A stretch of DNA of 64,000 nucleotides. It comes from Candidatus Latescibacterota bacterium (GTDB taxonomy: Bacteria; Latescibacterota; UBA2968; UBA8231). Below, piece by piece: positions 29,167 through 38,763 of the stretch. A program made the translations under genes and the position numbers. The DNA is taken from NCBI GenBank assembly GCA_965215195.1, contig CBDCDC010000001.1, forward strand, positions 896,001 through 960,000, read 5' to 3'. Within the stretch, counting starts at the first letter, position 1. Each line of letters opens with the position of its first letter. The notes under the pieces are model-generated. The model ran no database searches. It was not told the origin of the DNA and saw only the letters and a list, made by a program, of their open reading frames with translations.

Positions 29167-29484
29167 CTTGGCATTACCCTCAGTGCCGCGTCAATCAACA
29201 CACACATCCCCGCCCTTAGAGAAGCAGGCGTTACGGTCTTCTGATAATGAAGACCCTCATTCTCATGTCTTTGGACGATCCGGCTGAGAAGCCCATCGGG
29301 TGATCGACGAACACAAATGGATGGTTCATATCGGTAACGGATGTTCCGCATCCCCGGCCTTGGCCGGGGCAGGCTCTTATGCCGCGTCTGCGGCTTGCGG
29401 CCACCGGTCGGGTGTCATTGCCGCGCCTGGCCGGACAAGCGGGCTTCGACGTTGAGTGCCGCTGAAACGGACAGTAGGCAGGAC

Positions 29485-29514
29485 GGTAGGGAATAACGAT
29501 CGTTATTCCCTACC
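29485..29514. repeat. Perfect 30-bp palindrome, GTAG-type REP-like
   Basis: ggtagggaataacga|tcgttattccctacc. Confidence 0.85.
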
Positions 29515-29562
29515 TTGCTAGATGCGCAAGGAGCACCAACGCCTGCATGGCGCGTAACATCA

Positions 29563-29879
29563 GTGAGCAACGACGCTACAGCAGCAGGACGCCTTCCCGA
29601 TGGATGGCGATGGGTCAGGTTGGGGGAGGTGTGCGAGATAAACCCGCGACGTCCTTCTCTTGATCGGTCCGACGAGATGCCAACGACATTCATTCCCATG
29701 GAAGCCGTTGACGCAAAATCCCTCTTCCACTGCTTGCAGAGCAGCGGCGGATTGCGGCAACTCTCAAAAAGCAGATGACGGCGGTGGAGAAGGCGCGAGC
29801 CGCGGCAGAAGAAGAATTGGACGCCATTGATGCTATGCCGTCGGCCCTTCTGAGGAAGGCTTTTGCAGGAAAAGTGTGA
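29563..29879 (+). pseudogene. hsdS: Internally deleted type I R-M specificity subunit
   Basis: N-terminal LPDGWRWVRLGEVCEINP joined out of frame (~29717) to C-terminal IPLPLLAEQRRIAATL...PSALLRKAFAGKV*. Confidence 0.8.
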
Positions 29880-29908
29880 CGGGTAAGTTATCGCCACAAA
29901 CTCGGAAA

Positions 29909-30322
29909 TTACGCTGCTTGGTATCCCAATCCCCACACACGCAGGAGGGCGCGACACCCCTGTTCAAAGGTTTGCGTAAAATCGATGATCTGAAAGGAAG
30001 GCAGTGTCCAAGAAAGTCGCTCATAGTCACAGGGTTGGTATAAAAGGGGGACAATTTCGTTTTCAAAGCGGTTCTGCTGAAGAGCAAACATCAGCTCTCT
30101 CTTTACCCAAGTAGATTCCACGGCACTTGGCGATAAGACAAGCACAAACCAATCGCAGCGGCGAAGTGCCTCCCCAATTTTATCATGCCACTGCTGTCCT
30201 CCAAGTACATTGGTTCGACTGTACCAGACGGGGAGTCCATGCCGCCGCATTACGGCAACCAACTCTTCTACGAACTGCCGATCGCAGTCAGAATGCGAGA
30301 GAAAAATTTCCGTTGGCAACAT
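29909..30322 (-). CDS. Stand-alone TIR domain protein
   Basis: IFLSHS..D, VLVLSPSAVESTWVKREL (catalytic-type Glu), IVPLLY. Confidence 0.88.
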   Translation of the reverse strand: MLPTEIFLSHSDCDRQFVEELVAVMRRHGLPVWYSRTNVLGGQQWHDKIGEALRRCDWFVLVLSPSAVESTWVKRELMFALQQNRFENEIVPLLYQPCDYERLSWTLPSFQIIDFTQTFEQGCRALLRVWGLGYQAA

Positions 30323-30360
30323 AACTCAAGGAATTGATACAGATGTAGAAGGCGAGGTCG

Positions 30361-30768
30361 TTAAGCGGCCTCTAGAAGTGCCTGTGCAATCTGACTAATT
30401 CCTTCTTCCTCGGCGTATTCACCCATATCGATCATATGTAAGCGCCGAAGAATCCATGGAATATCTTCTTTTTTTAACTCCCCTCGATCACTTACAAGGA
30501 CAGGAATCAGACGTTTGCGATAGTTTTGTTCGCCGAGAGCATACTCGATCTCCCGACGTACCCAACTCGAACGTAGAGCGTCAGCGGTCAGGAGGACCAC
30601 CATGGCTTTTGACTCTTTCAACGCCCGCGCTACTTCTTCGGTCCAATTAGCCCCAGGCAGGACGTCACGGGTGGCATCCCATACTTCGAGCCCGGCTCCC
30701 TCTAAGCCAGCCGCAACCTTTTTGACAAGCGGATCATCTGTGTAGGCATGGCTGATAAAAACTTTCAT
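30361..30768 (-). CDS. Stand-alone TIR domain protein
   Basis: MKVFISHA, VVLLTADALRSSWVRREI, LIPVLV. Confidence 0.88.
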   Translation of the reverse strand: MKVFISHAYTDDPLVKKVAAGLEGAGLEVWDATRDVLPGANWTEEVARALKESKAMVVLLTADALRSSWVRREIEYALGEQNYRKRLIPVLVSDRGELKKEDIPWILRRLHMIDMGEYAEEEGISQIAQALLEAA

Positions 30769-30867
30769 AATCCAACTATCCTTTCGTGTCTGCTGCTAAC
30801 GATAAATCTTTAGAAATGGGTACTGAAGCAAAAGTTTCATGCGCTTTCTGCCCGCTAGAGCACTCTA

Positions 30868-31362
30868 CTATCCCTTGAAGTAAAATATACCAGCCAATAA
30901 GATATACAACAGGCCAAAGTATCTCGGCACCCACTTCTCTACGCCCGTAAGCGGCCGGTATAGCTTTCTATTCTTTCCTTCGCCGAGTGCTTTCCATTCA
31001 GCATCGTAAGGAGCAACAGGTAGCATTTGCTCAAGCGCGAGGACGACCTTGTACTTACCCCTGTTTAGCTGCCGGTACGAATTTACTACGCGCTCCCATA
31101 CGTAACAGAGAAGCATCAAGGCGAAAAAAGGCGCAAAGATGATCCAAGCTGGTTTCAGCATGTCCTCTTTGAGCAGCACAGTAAAGGCGATAGTCAGAGT
31201 CGTATGCACACCGACGAAAAACGAGTTTGCGAGCATCCTCCGCGCACTGACTCGATCAGCCATTTTGACGTATAGCTTGTACTGGTCAAAAAGGTGATTC
31301 TCAAATTCAGTGCCGTAAGCATCTTTACTCTGTCTCAGCAAATTTAGGTTGTTTTTGCTCAC
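30868..31362 (-). CDS. Small multi-pass membrane protein (RipA/8xMP-like putative pore effector)
   Basis: DQYKLYVKMADRVSARRMLANSFF, about 3 hydrophobic segments, SYRQLNRGKY..LEQMLP..YDAEW; family name from recall. Confidence 0.65.
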   Translation of the reverse strand: MSKNNLNLLRQSKDAYGTEFENHLFDQYKLYVKMADRVSARRMLANSFFVGVHTTLTIAFTVLLKEDMLKPAWIIFAPFFALMLLCYVWERVVNSYRQLNRGKYKVVLALEQMLPVAPYDAEWKALGEGKNRKLYRPLTGVEKWVPRYFGLLYILLAGIFYFKG

Positions 31363-31422
31363 CTCTTTCCTCCTCGACTTATGACGTAGCAAGAAGCTAT
31401 CGTAGATTTTTCAACGTTTTAT

Positions 31423-31839
31423 TTATAAAGACCATTTCCGAATAGCATCTACGATGCTACTTGTCTGCCAACCAACCATTTCCTTTGCAACATTTTGCAC
31501 TTCAGTCGGTACACGTTCTTGACCCCAAGGAATAACTCCGATAATCGGCTTATTATAGGCTACGGCGATGTTAATTTCTTTCTGAATCCACTTTCTATGA
31601 TTCACGTACATGCCAGAAACCACAAGAAAACAGTTTATCGGGGCAATTTGCAGGTTAAGTGCTTGAAGCAATTCCCCATCTGTCTTTGTCCCCAGCGGGT
31701 CGTGCTCTGGAACTGAGTAATTGCGCCAATAGAAGTACGGTGCTTCGTAGAGCAAATTTTCAAGGCGGTAGTACTCGGAATTATCGACACTGCGCCATAC
31801 ATGGCTTAGAAACAGATCATACATTTTAAGTCTTGGCAT
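31423..31839 (-). CDS. ThsB/MTH538-like TIR domain protein (DUF1863)
   Basis: YDLFLSHVW, NYSVP..DP, WIQKEI, KPIIGVIPWG, VGWQTSSIV. Confidence 0.85.
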   Translation of the reverse strand: MPRLKMYDLFLSHVWRSVDNSEYYRLENLLYEAPYFYWRNYSVPEHDPLGTKTDGELLQALNLQIAPINCFLVVSGMYVNHRKWIQKEINIAVAYNKPIIGVIPWGQERVPTEVQNVAKEMVGWQTSSIVDAIRKWSL

Positions 31840-31937
31840 GTCCGCCCCCTTCTTTGTTTAGTTGAAAATAATGACTAGGACCGGATCAAGCACCTCCGGC
31901 GCTCGCCGACGGAAAACACCAGATTTGCCTACGTCTG

Positions 31938-32243
31938 TCAGACAGGTTCATAGCGCCGGACCCTGATCTCGTTTGCACGGGAGCGCATCTGCGAGGCATC
32001 GTACCAAGCCTGCATCCGCAGCAGCATGTCCATACCCACGCCGAATGCCTTCTCGATGCGCAGCGCCATCTCCGGCGATAGCGCAGCGTTGCCGTTCAAC
32101 AAGTCCGAAAGCGTTGCCCGCCGAACCCCCAGAATCTCGGCCGCCCTTGTCACGTTCAGACCCAGCTCCTCAATGATCTCCGTGCGAATGAAGTCCCCCG
32201 GATGTGAAGGGGTCATGTTCACTTTGATGCCGTCGGTAGCCAT
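31938..32243 (-). CDS. higA: HigA-family antitoxin (orphan)
   Basis: HPGDFIRTEI..LGLNVTRAAEILGVRRATLSDLLNG..LSPEMALRIEKAFG. Confidence 0.88.
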   Translation of the reverse strand: MATDGIKVNMTPSHPGDFIRTEIIEELGLNVTRAAEILGVRRATLSDLLNGNAALSPEMALRIEKAFGVGMDMLLRMQAWYDASQMRSRANEIRVRRYEPV

Positions 32244-32251
32244 TGATCGAC

Positions 32252-33841
32252 TCAGCAGTGCTTGCTGATAAATTCGCGGCTCATCCACTGCCCGAGCACG
32301 TTCTGCGAACGGAGCAGCATCTTTTGGTAAGCGCGTTCTAAGTTCTTTTTATTTTTGGCGTTGGGCAGGGCGTTGTAACGGCCGCGGATTTGGGTGATGG
32401 CGCGGCTGCGCGGATCGACGGCGATGGTGAGGATGCGGTGGCGGTGGCCTTTGCCGTCTTGTACGCCGAGGGACCAGATTGAGGTACTGCCGTTGCGGCA
32501 GCTCTTGGCGTAGGTATAGACGCAGTGGCCCATTTCGCGGCCCTCGGCGCCCAGTTCGCGGTTGGAGAGCAACTCCTTTATGCTCCAAGTGAGGGTCTCG
32601 CCGAGTTGCTTGTCCGCCTGCTTCATCTCGAATTCGCCAATACTCGAAGCTCCCCAAGACATGGGCCGGACGCGGCCCTTTTTGCCACCAGCGCGGCCTC
32701 GCTCGGCCTCTGCATCGGGTAGCAGCACCTGCCGCGCCAGCGCTTCGTGCCACTCGTCAACTTGGCGCAACAGCTTGGGAATGCTGCGGCTGTTCATGGA
32801 AAAGTTCGGCCGCGCCGGCGGCCTCTGCTCGACGCGACCGCCGGGCAGGGCGATTTGCTGGGGCACGTATTTCTGCTCGTGAATAAAATCGACGATGGGG
32901 CCGACGTGGGCCGGGTCAAGCATGGGATTGTTGGCAAAAAACAGGATCGCGGTGGACCAGAAGTCCTCGTTTGCAAACGACTGGCCCAACCGGGTGGCAA
33001 TCACCGCCCGCGCCAACGCCGGACTGCCGCCTTGGCCCAGGACTTGGCCCCAGCGCAGGGCGTGAGCTATGGAGAGGTCGGCGGGGGCGGCGAGGAAGCA
33101 GTGGGCCGACTTCTTGCTCAAAGCGACCGGGAGGTCGGCCGTGCGGATGTTCTGCCCCGAGCCGATGTGTTTGAACCACGCCTGATGCAAACCCGCTTCT
33201 GGCATGGCTGCGGTGAAAAAGGCCGCGTCCATAAAAATGGGCACGTCGTAGCGGGCTAGCAGGTGGCCGGCGAGGTGGTGAAACTGCTTGCGGGGGTTGT
33301 GGCTTGGCGGCACCCACTCGGCCACCGGGCGCACCCAGTCTTCTGAGTGGCGAGCCAAGGCGGCCAAGCCGTCGATGAAGTTGTTGTGCGGGTGGGCAGC
33401 GAAAGCCGGGATGACCGGGTCGAGGCGAAACAGGTCGGCGCGGCGGGCGGCTTGGAGCAGAATATCGAGAAAGGCGCGGCGCGCCGGGCCGTAGGGAAAG
33501 GCGTTGAAGAGGCCGCGAATTTTGTAGAGGTAGTCGGCACCGAGCCGCCCCTTGGGGAGCGTACGGTCGTAGATCTGGCGAATGGTATTGGCTGGGCTGC
33601 GGGTTTGCTGGCGGGTGCGAGTGAGTGCGGCCTCGCCCTGTTGGCGGCGGGCGAGCTGGCGTTCCTTTTGGATTTGGCGATTGCTCTTGTGAAGTCCGTC
33701 GCCCAAACCGCGCTTGCGGCACCAGGCCCGGTACTCATCCTCAGATTGGAGGCCCAAGGCGCGGATGTGGCTTCTGAGGTTGGCGCGGTTGTGGGCTCGC
33801 TCGATCTCGCTGCGGACATTTCTTTTGCGGCGGCGCGCCAT
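32252..33841 (-). CDS. PcfJ-domain protein
   Basis: QVDEWH...ELGAEGREMGHCVYTY...IWSL...TIAV...QIRGRYN; alternative start at 33865. Confidence 0.75.
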   Translation of the reverse strand: MARRRKRNVRSEIERAHNRANLRSHIRALGLQSEDEYRAWCRKRGLGDGLHKSNRQIQKERQLARRQQGEAALTRTRQQTRSPANTIRQIYDRTLPKGRLGADYLYKIRGLFNAFPYGPARRAFLDILLQAARRADLFRLDPVIPAFAAHPHNNFIDGLAALARHSEDWVRPVAEWVPPSHNPRKQFHHLAGHLLARYDVPIFMDAAFFTAAMPEAGLHQAWFKHIGSGQNIRTADLPVALSKKSAHCFLAAPADLSIAHALRWGQVLGQGGSPALARAVIATRLGQSFANEDFWSTAILFFANNPMLDPAHVGPIVDFIHEQKYVPQQIALPGGRVEQRPPARPNFSMNSRSIPKLLRQVDEWHEALARQVLLPDAEAERGRAGGKKGRVRPMSWGASSIGEFEMKQADKQLGETLTWSIKELLSNRELGAEGREMGHCVYTYAKSCRNGSTSIWSLGVQDGKGHRHRILTIAVDPRSRAITQIRGRYNALPNAKNKKNLERAYQKMLLRSQNVLGQWMSREFISKHC

Positions 33842-34007
33842 AGCCAAGTCCCAGTTTGAGGGCACTCCTTAATGAGTCGCACCGCTAGTATAATGTCAAC
33901 AGTCAGCGCAGCCGATAGAGCAAGGCGGCCGCCGCTGCCGCGCCGCTTGCCCGCGCCGGCGGCGGCGGTTTAATTTGCTCTTATCAACAACCCAACGCGA
34001 CGCGCCC

Positions 34008-34655
34008 ATGCTAGATTGCAATCCGATCCCGCTCTTTCCCCTGCCGATAGTCGTCTTCCCCGGCCAAATCGTACCCCTGCACATATTTGAGCCGCGCTAC
34101 AAGCAGATGCTCGCCGATGTGCGGATGGCTGACGAGCGCGGCGAGACCCTGCCCATTGGCATGATTCTGGGGGAAGACCGCGAGGTGCAGGGCGAGGTGG
34201 GCTGCGCGATGCTGTTGGCCAAAGTACTCGACGAGTTCGACGATGGCCGACTCAACGTCATCGTCCGCGGCGTGCGGCGCTTTCGCATCGCTCGCATTGC
34301 CGAGCATAAGCCCTACTTAGAGGCGTGGGTAGAGTACGTAGATGACGCTGAGGAGCCAACGGATCCAGTGCTCTTGGCCAAGGCCATTGCGACCCTAGAG
34401 CACTTGATGAAGCAACTCGAGGAAGTAACCGGCGCGCGAATTGAAATAGGGCCTCTGCAAAACGCCTTTCAAATCGCCCAAGGCCTTGACCTAGGGATCA
34501 AGCAACAACTGCTCGAAATGACGACTGAAAATGGCCGCCTACACGCGCTCTGCGAGTACTTTGAGCAAATAATTCCCCAGCTGGAGACCGAGCGCAAGCT
34601 CCATCGTCTCGCGTCCTCCAACGGGCACACCGAGGGCCATGGAGCAGGCCCTTAG
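34008..34655 (+). CDS. LON peptidase substrate-binding (N-terminal) domain protein
   Basis: IPLFPLPIVVFPGQIVPLHIFEPRYKQM, GVRRFRI, KQQLLEM. Confidence 0.85.
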   Translation: MLDCNPIPLFPLPIVVFPGQIVPLHIFEPRYKQMLADVRMADERGETLPIGMILGEDREVQGEVGCAMLLAKVLDEFDDGRLNVIVRGVRRFRIARIAEHKPYLEAWVEYVDDAEEPTDPVLLAKAIATLEHLMKQLEEVTGARIEIGPLQNAFQIAQGLDLGIKQQLLEMTTENGRLHALCEYFEQIIPQLETERKLHRLASSNGHTEGHGAGP

Positions 34656-35317
34656 TCGGCTTCGACGAAGATACAACCGGCCACTTCCAGCCCCAGCGAC
34701 ACCTCCTTGGCGGCACCGATCTTCAACTGCATCGGGCCGTTAAAGGGCGCTTTGGCAGTGACTTCGACCCGGGTGCCCAAGAGCAATTGCAAATTTTCCA
34801 TATAGCGCAGCATTTGGGGGTTGCGGTCGCTTACCCGGCGGATGACGGCCGACTGACCGTCTTGTAGCTCGGAGAGACGGCGGTACTTCGGGTGCGCGAT
34901 CTGGCCTTGCTTGGTGGGGATTGGCTCGCCGTGGGCGCCGATGGTCGGATAGCCCAAAGCCTCGTCAATGCGATCTTCAAACTCCTCGGAAATGGCGTGC
35001 TCCAAGCGGTCGGCCTCGGCGTCGATCTGGTCCCAAGAATAGCCCAAAGCTTGGCTGAGGTACAGCTCGATCAAGCGGTGATGGCGAATGGTCTCCAAGG
35101 CGATCTTCTCGCCGCTGGCCGTTAGCTCAACCCCTTGGTACGGCGTGTAAATGAGCAGATTCAGCTCGGCGAGTTTCTTGATCATGTTCGTCGCCGAGGC
35201 CGCGGCCACTTCCATGCGGCCGGCAATCACCGAGGTGGTGACGCGCCCGCCAAGCTCGTCGCTGTGCTGCAATTTGTAGATGGTCTTGAGATAATCCTCA
35301 ATAGCCTGAGTAAGCAA
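34652..35317 (-). CDS. mntR: DtxR/MntR metal-dependent transcriptional regulator with FeoA-like C-terminus
   Basis: EDYLKTIY, RHHRLIELYL, EADRLEHAIS, HGEPIP. Confidence 0.9.
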   Translation of the reverse strand: MLTQAIEDYLKTIYKLQHSDELGGRVTTSVIAGRMEVAAASATNMIKKLAELNLLIYTPYQGVELTASGEKIALETIRHHRLIELYLSQALGYSWDQIDAEADRLEHAISEEFEDRIDEALGYPTIGAHGEPIPTKQGQIAHPKYRRLSELQDGQSAVIRRVSDRNPQMLRYMENLQLLLGTRVEVTAKAPFNGPMQLKIGAAKEVSLGLEVAGCIFVEAD

Positions 35318-35384
35318 TCCCCTTACCTCCGAGGTATGTGCCTTGCTTTTTAAGATAGGACCAAAAATAGATTTAGCAATGATC

Positions 35385-35412
35385 TTGACAATTTTTTAGC
35401 CATAACTAAATT
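35385..35412 (+). promoter_or_regulatory. Promoter with overlapping DtxR/MntR-type operator
   Basis: TTGACA (35385) - 16 bp - TAAATT; palindrome TTTAG-ccataa-CTAAA at 35395-35410, between the regulator and the metal ABC operon. Confidence 0.6.
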
Positions 35413-35553
35413 TTTTATTTTGAACCTTAGTACACGACCCCTAAAGTAGGCGACCCTTACTTTGAGTATGCCTTTTCTGCTGTTACCGATGGGTCCGGGA
35501 TCCTTGGCAGGCTGAGGGCTGGTGTCGGGTAGTAAGATTTTGAACTAAAATCA

Positions 35554-35747
35554 CTGACGTTACGCAGCCTTGCGATTTCTTGGTTTGTGTCCAAGCGATC
35601 CTGCCGCTCTGTTCGCGCAGCGGGCGCGAGGCTGGAGGCACACCTAAAAGCCTGCGTACGCGGGAAGGACGAACGCCCTGTCCGGCGCAGGCACTGGATT
35701 TGGACGCGGGAAGCCGCAGACGGTACATAGAGCCTGCGTAACATCAG
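35554..35747. mobile_element. MITE-like element, 194 bp
   Basis: TIRs ctgacgttacgcag / ctgcgtaacatcag (13/14); 8-bp target duplication taaaatca at 35546-35553 and 35748-35755. Confidence 0.75.
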
Positions 35748-35768
35748 TAAAATCATAGGCAAGAAACC

Positions 35769-36665
35769 ATGCCCTATATTCTCATGTTGTTGTGCGCTTT
35801 GGCTTGCGACGCGCCCGAGCGCGGAGACGGGCGGATCGAGGTGGTGTGTACCACCGGGATGGTGGCTGACCTCGCCCGGCATGTCGGCGGCGACCGCATC
35901 GCGGTTGTCGGGATGATGGGCCCGGGCGTTGATCCGCATTACTACAAGGCGTCGCAAGGCGATTTGGCCAAGCTGACGGCGGCGGATTTGATTCTCTTCA
36001 ACGGCCTTTTTCTCGAAGGCAAGATGGAAGACATCTTCGCCAAAATGGCCCGCCGCAAGCAGGTGTTGGCCGTGGCCGAGCAAATACCAGCAGAGCGCTT
36101 GCTGCGCCCCCCGGAATTTGCCGGCAACTTCGATCCCCATATATGGTTCGACGTATCGCTGTGGGCGCAGACGATAGAGCCAGTCGTGGCCCGCCTGAGC
36201 GCACTGGACCCGGACGGGGCGGCGGTCTATCGCCAGAACGGCGCGCGCTACCGGGAGCGCCTCGACGCGCTGCACCAGTGGGTCGTTGAACAGGTCGAGC
36301 TGCTGCCGGAGGCCAGCCGCGTGCTGATTACGGCTCACGACGCCTTTGGCTACTTTGGCCGAGCCTACGGAGTGGAGGTCGTCGGCCTGCAAGGCATTTC
36401 CACGGTGGCCGATTACGGGGTCAACGACGTCACCCAGCTCGTCGATCTGATCGTGGAGCGCGAGGTCAAGGCCATCTTCGTCGAGAGCAGCGTGCCCGTG
36501 CGCTCAATTGAGGCCGTGCGCGAAGGGTGCTTGGACCGCGGCTTCCAAGTGGAAATAGGCGGCACCCTGTACTCGGATGCCATGGGGGCGGCCGGCAGCG
36601 GTGCCGACACGTATGTGGGCATGGTCGAAAGCAATGTCAACACTATTGTGGGAGCCTTGCGGTGA
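35769..36665 (+). CDS. Mn/Fe/Zn ABC transporter substrate-binding lipoprotein (TroA/MntA)
   Basis: Lipobox-like [32 protein letters not shown]. Confidence 0.92.
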   Translation: MPYILMLLCALACDAPERGDGRIEVVCTTGMVADLARHVGGDRIAVVGMMGPGVDPHYYKASQGDLAKLTAADLILFNGLFLEGKMEDIFAKMARRKQVLAVAEQIPAERLLRPPEFAGNFDPHIWFDVSLWAQTIEPVVARLSALDPDGAAVYRQNGARYRERLDALHQWVVEQVELLPEASRVLITAHDAFGYFGRAYGVEVVGLQGISTVADYGVNDVTQLVDLIVEREVKAIFVESSVPVRSIEAVREGCLDRGFQVEIGGTLYSDAMGAAGSGADTYVGMVESNVNTIVGALR

Positions 36666-37432
36666 GCGGTCTCCATCCCATCCAGATCCACGACATGACC
36701 ATTGCCTACCACAAGAAGCCGGTGCTGTGGGACGTGGATCTCGATGTGCCCGAAGGGCAACTCGTGGGCATCATCGGCCCCAACGGCTCGGGCAAAAGCA
36801 CCATGATCAAGGCCATTATGGACCTCGTACCCAAGGCGTCGGGGTGGGTCAAGATCTACGGCGAGGACTACGGCCAGATGCGCAAGATCATCGGCTATGT
36901 GCCGCAGCGCGAGTCCGTGGATTGGGACTTCCCGATCAGCGCGCTTGACGTGGTGCTGATGGGCCGCTACGGCCACGTGGGGTGGATGCGGCGGCCGAGC
37001 AAGGCGGATCGCCGCTTGGCTTGGGCGGCCCTCGACGAGGTGGGCATGGCCCCCTTTGCCGAGCGGCAGATCAGCCAGCTATCGGGCGGTCAGCAGCAGC
37101 GGGTCTTTCTCGCCCGCGCCTTGGCCCAAGAGGCCCGCATCTACATCATGGACGAGCCGTTTGCCGGGGTGGATGCGGCGACCGAGCGCGCGATCATCGC
37201 CAGCCTAGTTGCCCTGCGCCAGCAGGGAAAAACCATCTTGGTCGTGCATCACGACTTGCAGACCGTAACCGAATACTTCGACTGGGTCATCATGCTCAAC
37301 ATGCGGGTCGTGGCCTCCGGCCCCACCCGCGAGGTCTTTACCGACGACAATCTGCAAAAGACCTACGGGGGCCGGCTGACCGTGCTGTCGCAGGCCGCCC
37401 AAGCCATGGCCGAGCAGCGGCGCGAGGGCTGA
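36662..37432 (+). CDS. Metal ABC transporter ATP-binding protein (TroB/MntB)
   Basis: [27 protein letters not shown]. Confidence 0.92.
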   Translation: MSGLHPIQIHDMTIAYHKKPVLWDVDLDVPEGQLVGIIGPNGSGKSTMIKAIMDLVPKASGWVKIYGEDYGQMRKIIGYVPQRESVDWDFPISALDVVLMGRYGHVGWMRRPSKADRRLAWAALDEVGMAPFAERQISQLSGGQQQRVFLARALAQEARIYIMDEPFAGVDAATERAIIASLVALRQQGKTILVVHHDLQTVTEYFDWVIMLNMRVVASGPTREVFTDDNLQKTYGGRLTVLSQAAQAMAEQRREG

Positions 37433-37434
37433 AG

Positions 37435-38763
37435 ATGCTCGTCGAAAACGCCCTGCGCTTCTTGAGCTTGGCCGACGCCAACGTGCGCTTCGTGCTCTTT
37501 GGCTCCCTGCTGATTGGCGCGACCGGCGGGCTGCTGGGGTCGTTTGCGGTGTTGCGGCGGCGGAGCCTCGTCGGCGATGCGCTAGCGCACGCGGCCCTGC
37601 CCGGGGTGGCGTTGGCCTATCTGTGGACCGGGAGCAAGGCCCTGCCGGTGCTGCTGACGGGCGCGGCCATTTCCGGGGTGCTCGGGGTGTTGGTGATGCA
37701 GTTCATCATCAACTTTACCCGCGTCAAGGCGGATTCGGCCATCGGCATTGTCCTGTCGGTATTTTTCGGGGTGGGGATCGTGCTGTTGACCCACGTCCAG
37801 CGGGTCGGCACGGGCAATCAGAGCGGCTTGGACAAGTTCCTCTTTGGTCAGGCGGCCTCGCTGGTGGATGACGACCTGCGCGTCATGAGCGTACTGGCCG
37901 GCCTCATCATCCTCGCGGTGGCCTTGTTTTTTAAGGAATTCAAGGCCCTGATTTTCGACGCGGACTTTTTGCAGACGCTCGGGTACTCGGCCCGCTGGAT
38001 CGACGCCTTGCTGATGGGGCTGATCGCCCTGACGGTGATCGTGGGCTTGCAGGCCGTAGGCGTGGTGCTGATTGCGGCCATGCTCATCACGCCGGCCGTG
38101 GCGGCTCGCTTTTGGACCGAGCAGTTGCACAAGATGGTGCTGCTCGCCGCTGCTTTTGGGGGCTTGGCCGGGGTCGTCGGCACCTTCATCAGCTCCTTGG
38201 TGCCGCGGGTTCCCACCGGCCCGGTGATGGTGCTCATTGCCACCTTGTGCTTTGTGGTGTCGGCCCTTTGCGCGCCTCGGCGGGGGGTGTTGGCGCGGTG
38301 GCGCCGGCAGCGGCACAACAGCCGCCGCGAGAGCCAGCAGCACTTTTTGCGCGCCTGCGTCGAGCTGCAAGAGAAGCTGGCGACGAGCCGCTCCTTGGCC
38401 GTGGAGGAGCTGGCCATTGAGATGGGCCTGTCGCCGGACCGGGTCAAACGCCTCGGGCAGCGGCTCGCCAACAAGGGGCTGGTCTCCCAGCAGGACGGGC
38501 GTTTCGCCCTGACGGCCCTAGGCGCGGAGGAAGGGCTTTTCGTGGTTAAATCGCACCGCCTGTGGGAACACTATTTGTACTATCGGGCCATACTCGACGC
38601 CGATCACGTGGATCGGCCGGCCGACGAAGTCGAGCACTTGCTGACGCCGGAAATCATCGCCCAGCTAGAGGACATCCTCCAGCGCGAGCAAGGGCTGGAC
38701 CCGGCCCGGATCGTCAATATCCACGGCACCGGCAGTCACTACCGCCGGGGAGGCCGCGAATGA
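37435..38763 (+). CDS. Metal ABC permease with C-terminal DtxR-like domain (TroC/MntC)
   Basis: SLVGDALAHAALPG; C-terminal wHTH-like segment and SHRLWEHYL...ADEVEHLL. Confidence 0.88.
   Translation: MLVENALRFLSLADANVRFVLFGSLLIGATGGLLGSFAVLRRRSLVGDALAHAALPGVALAYLWTGSKALPVLLTGAAISGVLGVLVMQFIINFTRVKADSAIGIVLSVFFGVGIVLLTHVQRVGTGNQSGLDKFLFGQAASLVDDDLRVMSVLAGLIILAVALFFKEFKALIFDADFLQTLGYSARWIDALLMGLIALTVIVGLQAVGVVLIAAMLITPAVAARFWTEQLHKMVLLAAAFGGLAGVVGTFISSLVPRVPTGPVMVLIATLCFVVSALCAPRRGVLARWRRQRHNSRRESQQHFLRACVELQEKLATSRSLAVEELAIEMGLSPDRVKRLGQRLANKGLVSQQDGRFALTALGAEEGLFVVKSHRLWEHYLYYRAILDADHVDRPADEVEHLLTPEIIAQLEDILQREQGLDPARIVNIHGTGSHYRRGGRE

Noticed and set aside
29109-29351. Possible transposase or toxin fragment (MRNIRYRYEP...)
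   Set aside because: No recognisable motif; cannot be supported without a search.
35457-36392. 311-aa minus-strand ORF and similar long GC-rich antisense ORFs across the window
   Set aside because: They overlap well-supported genes on the opposite strand and show no recognisable motifs.
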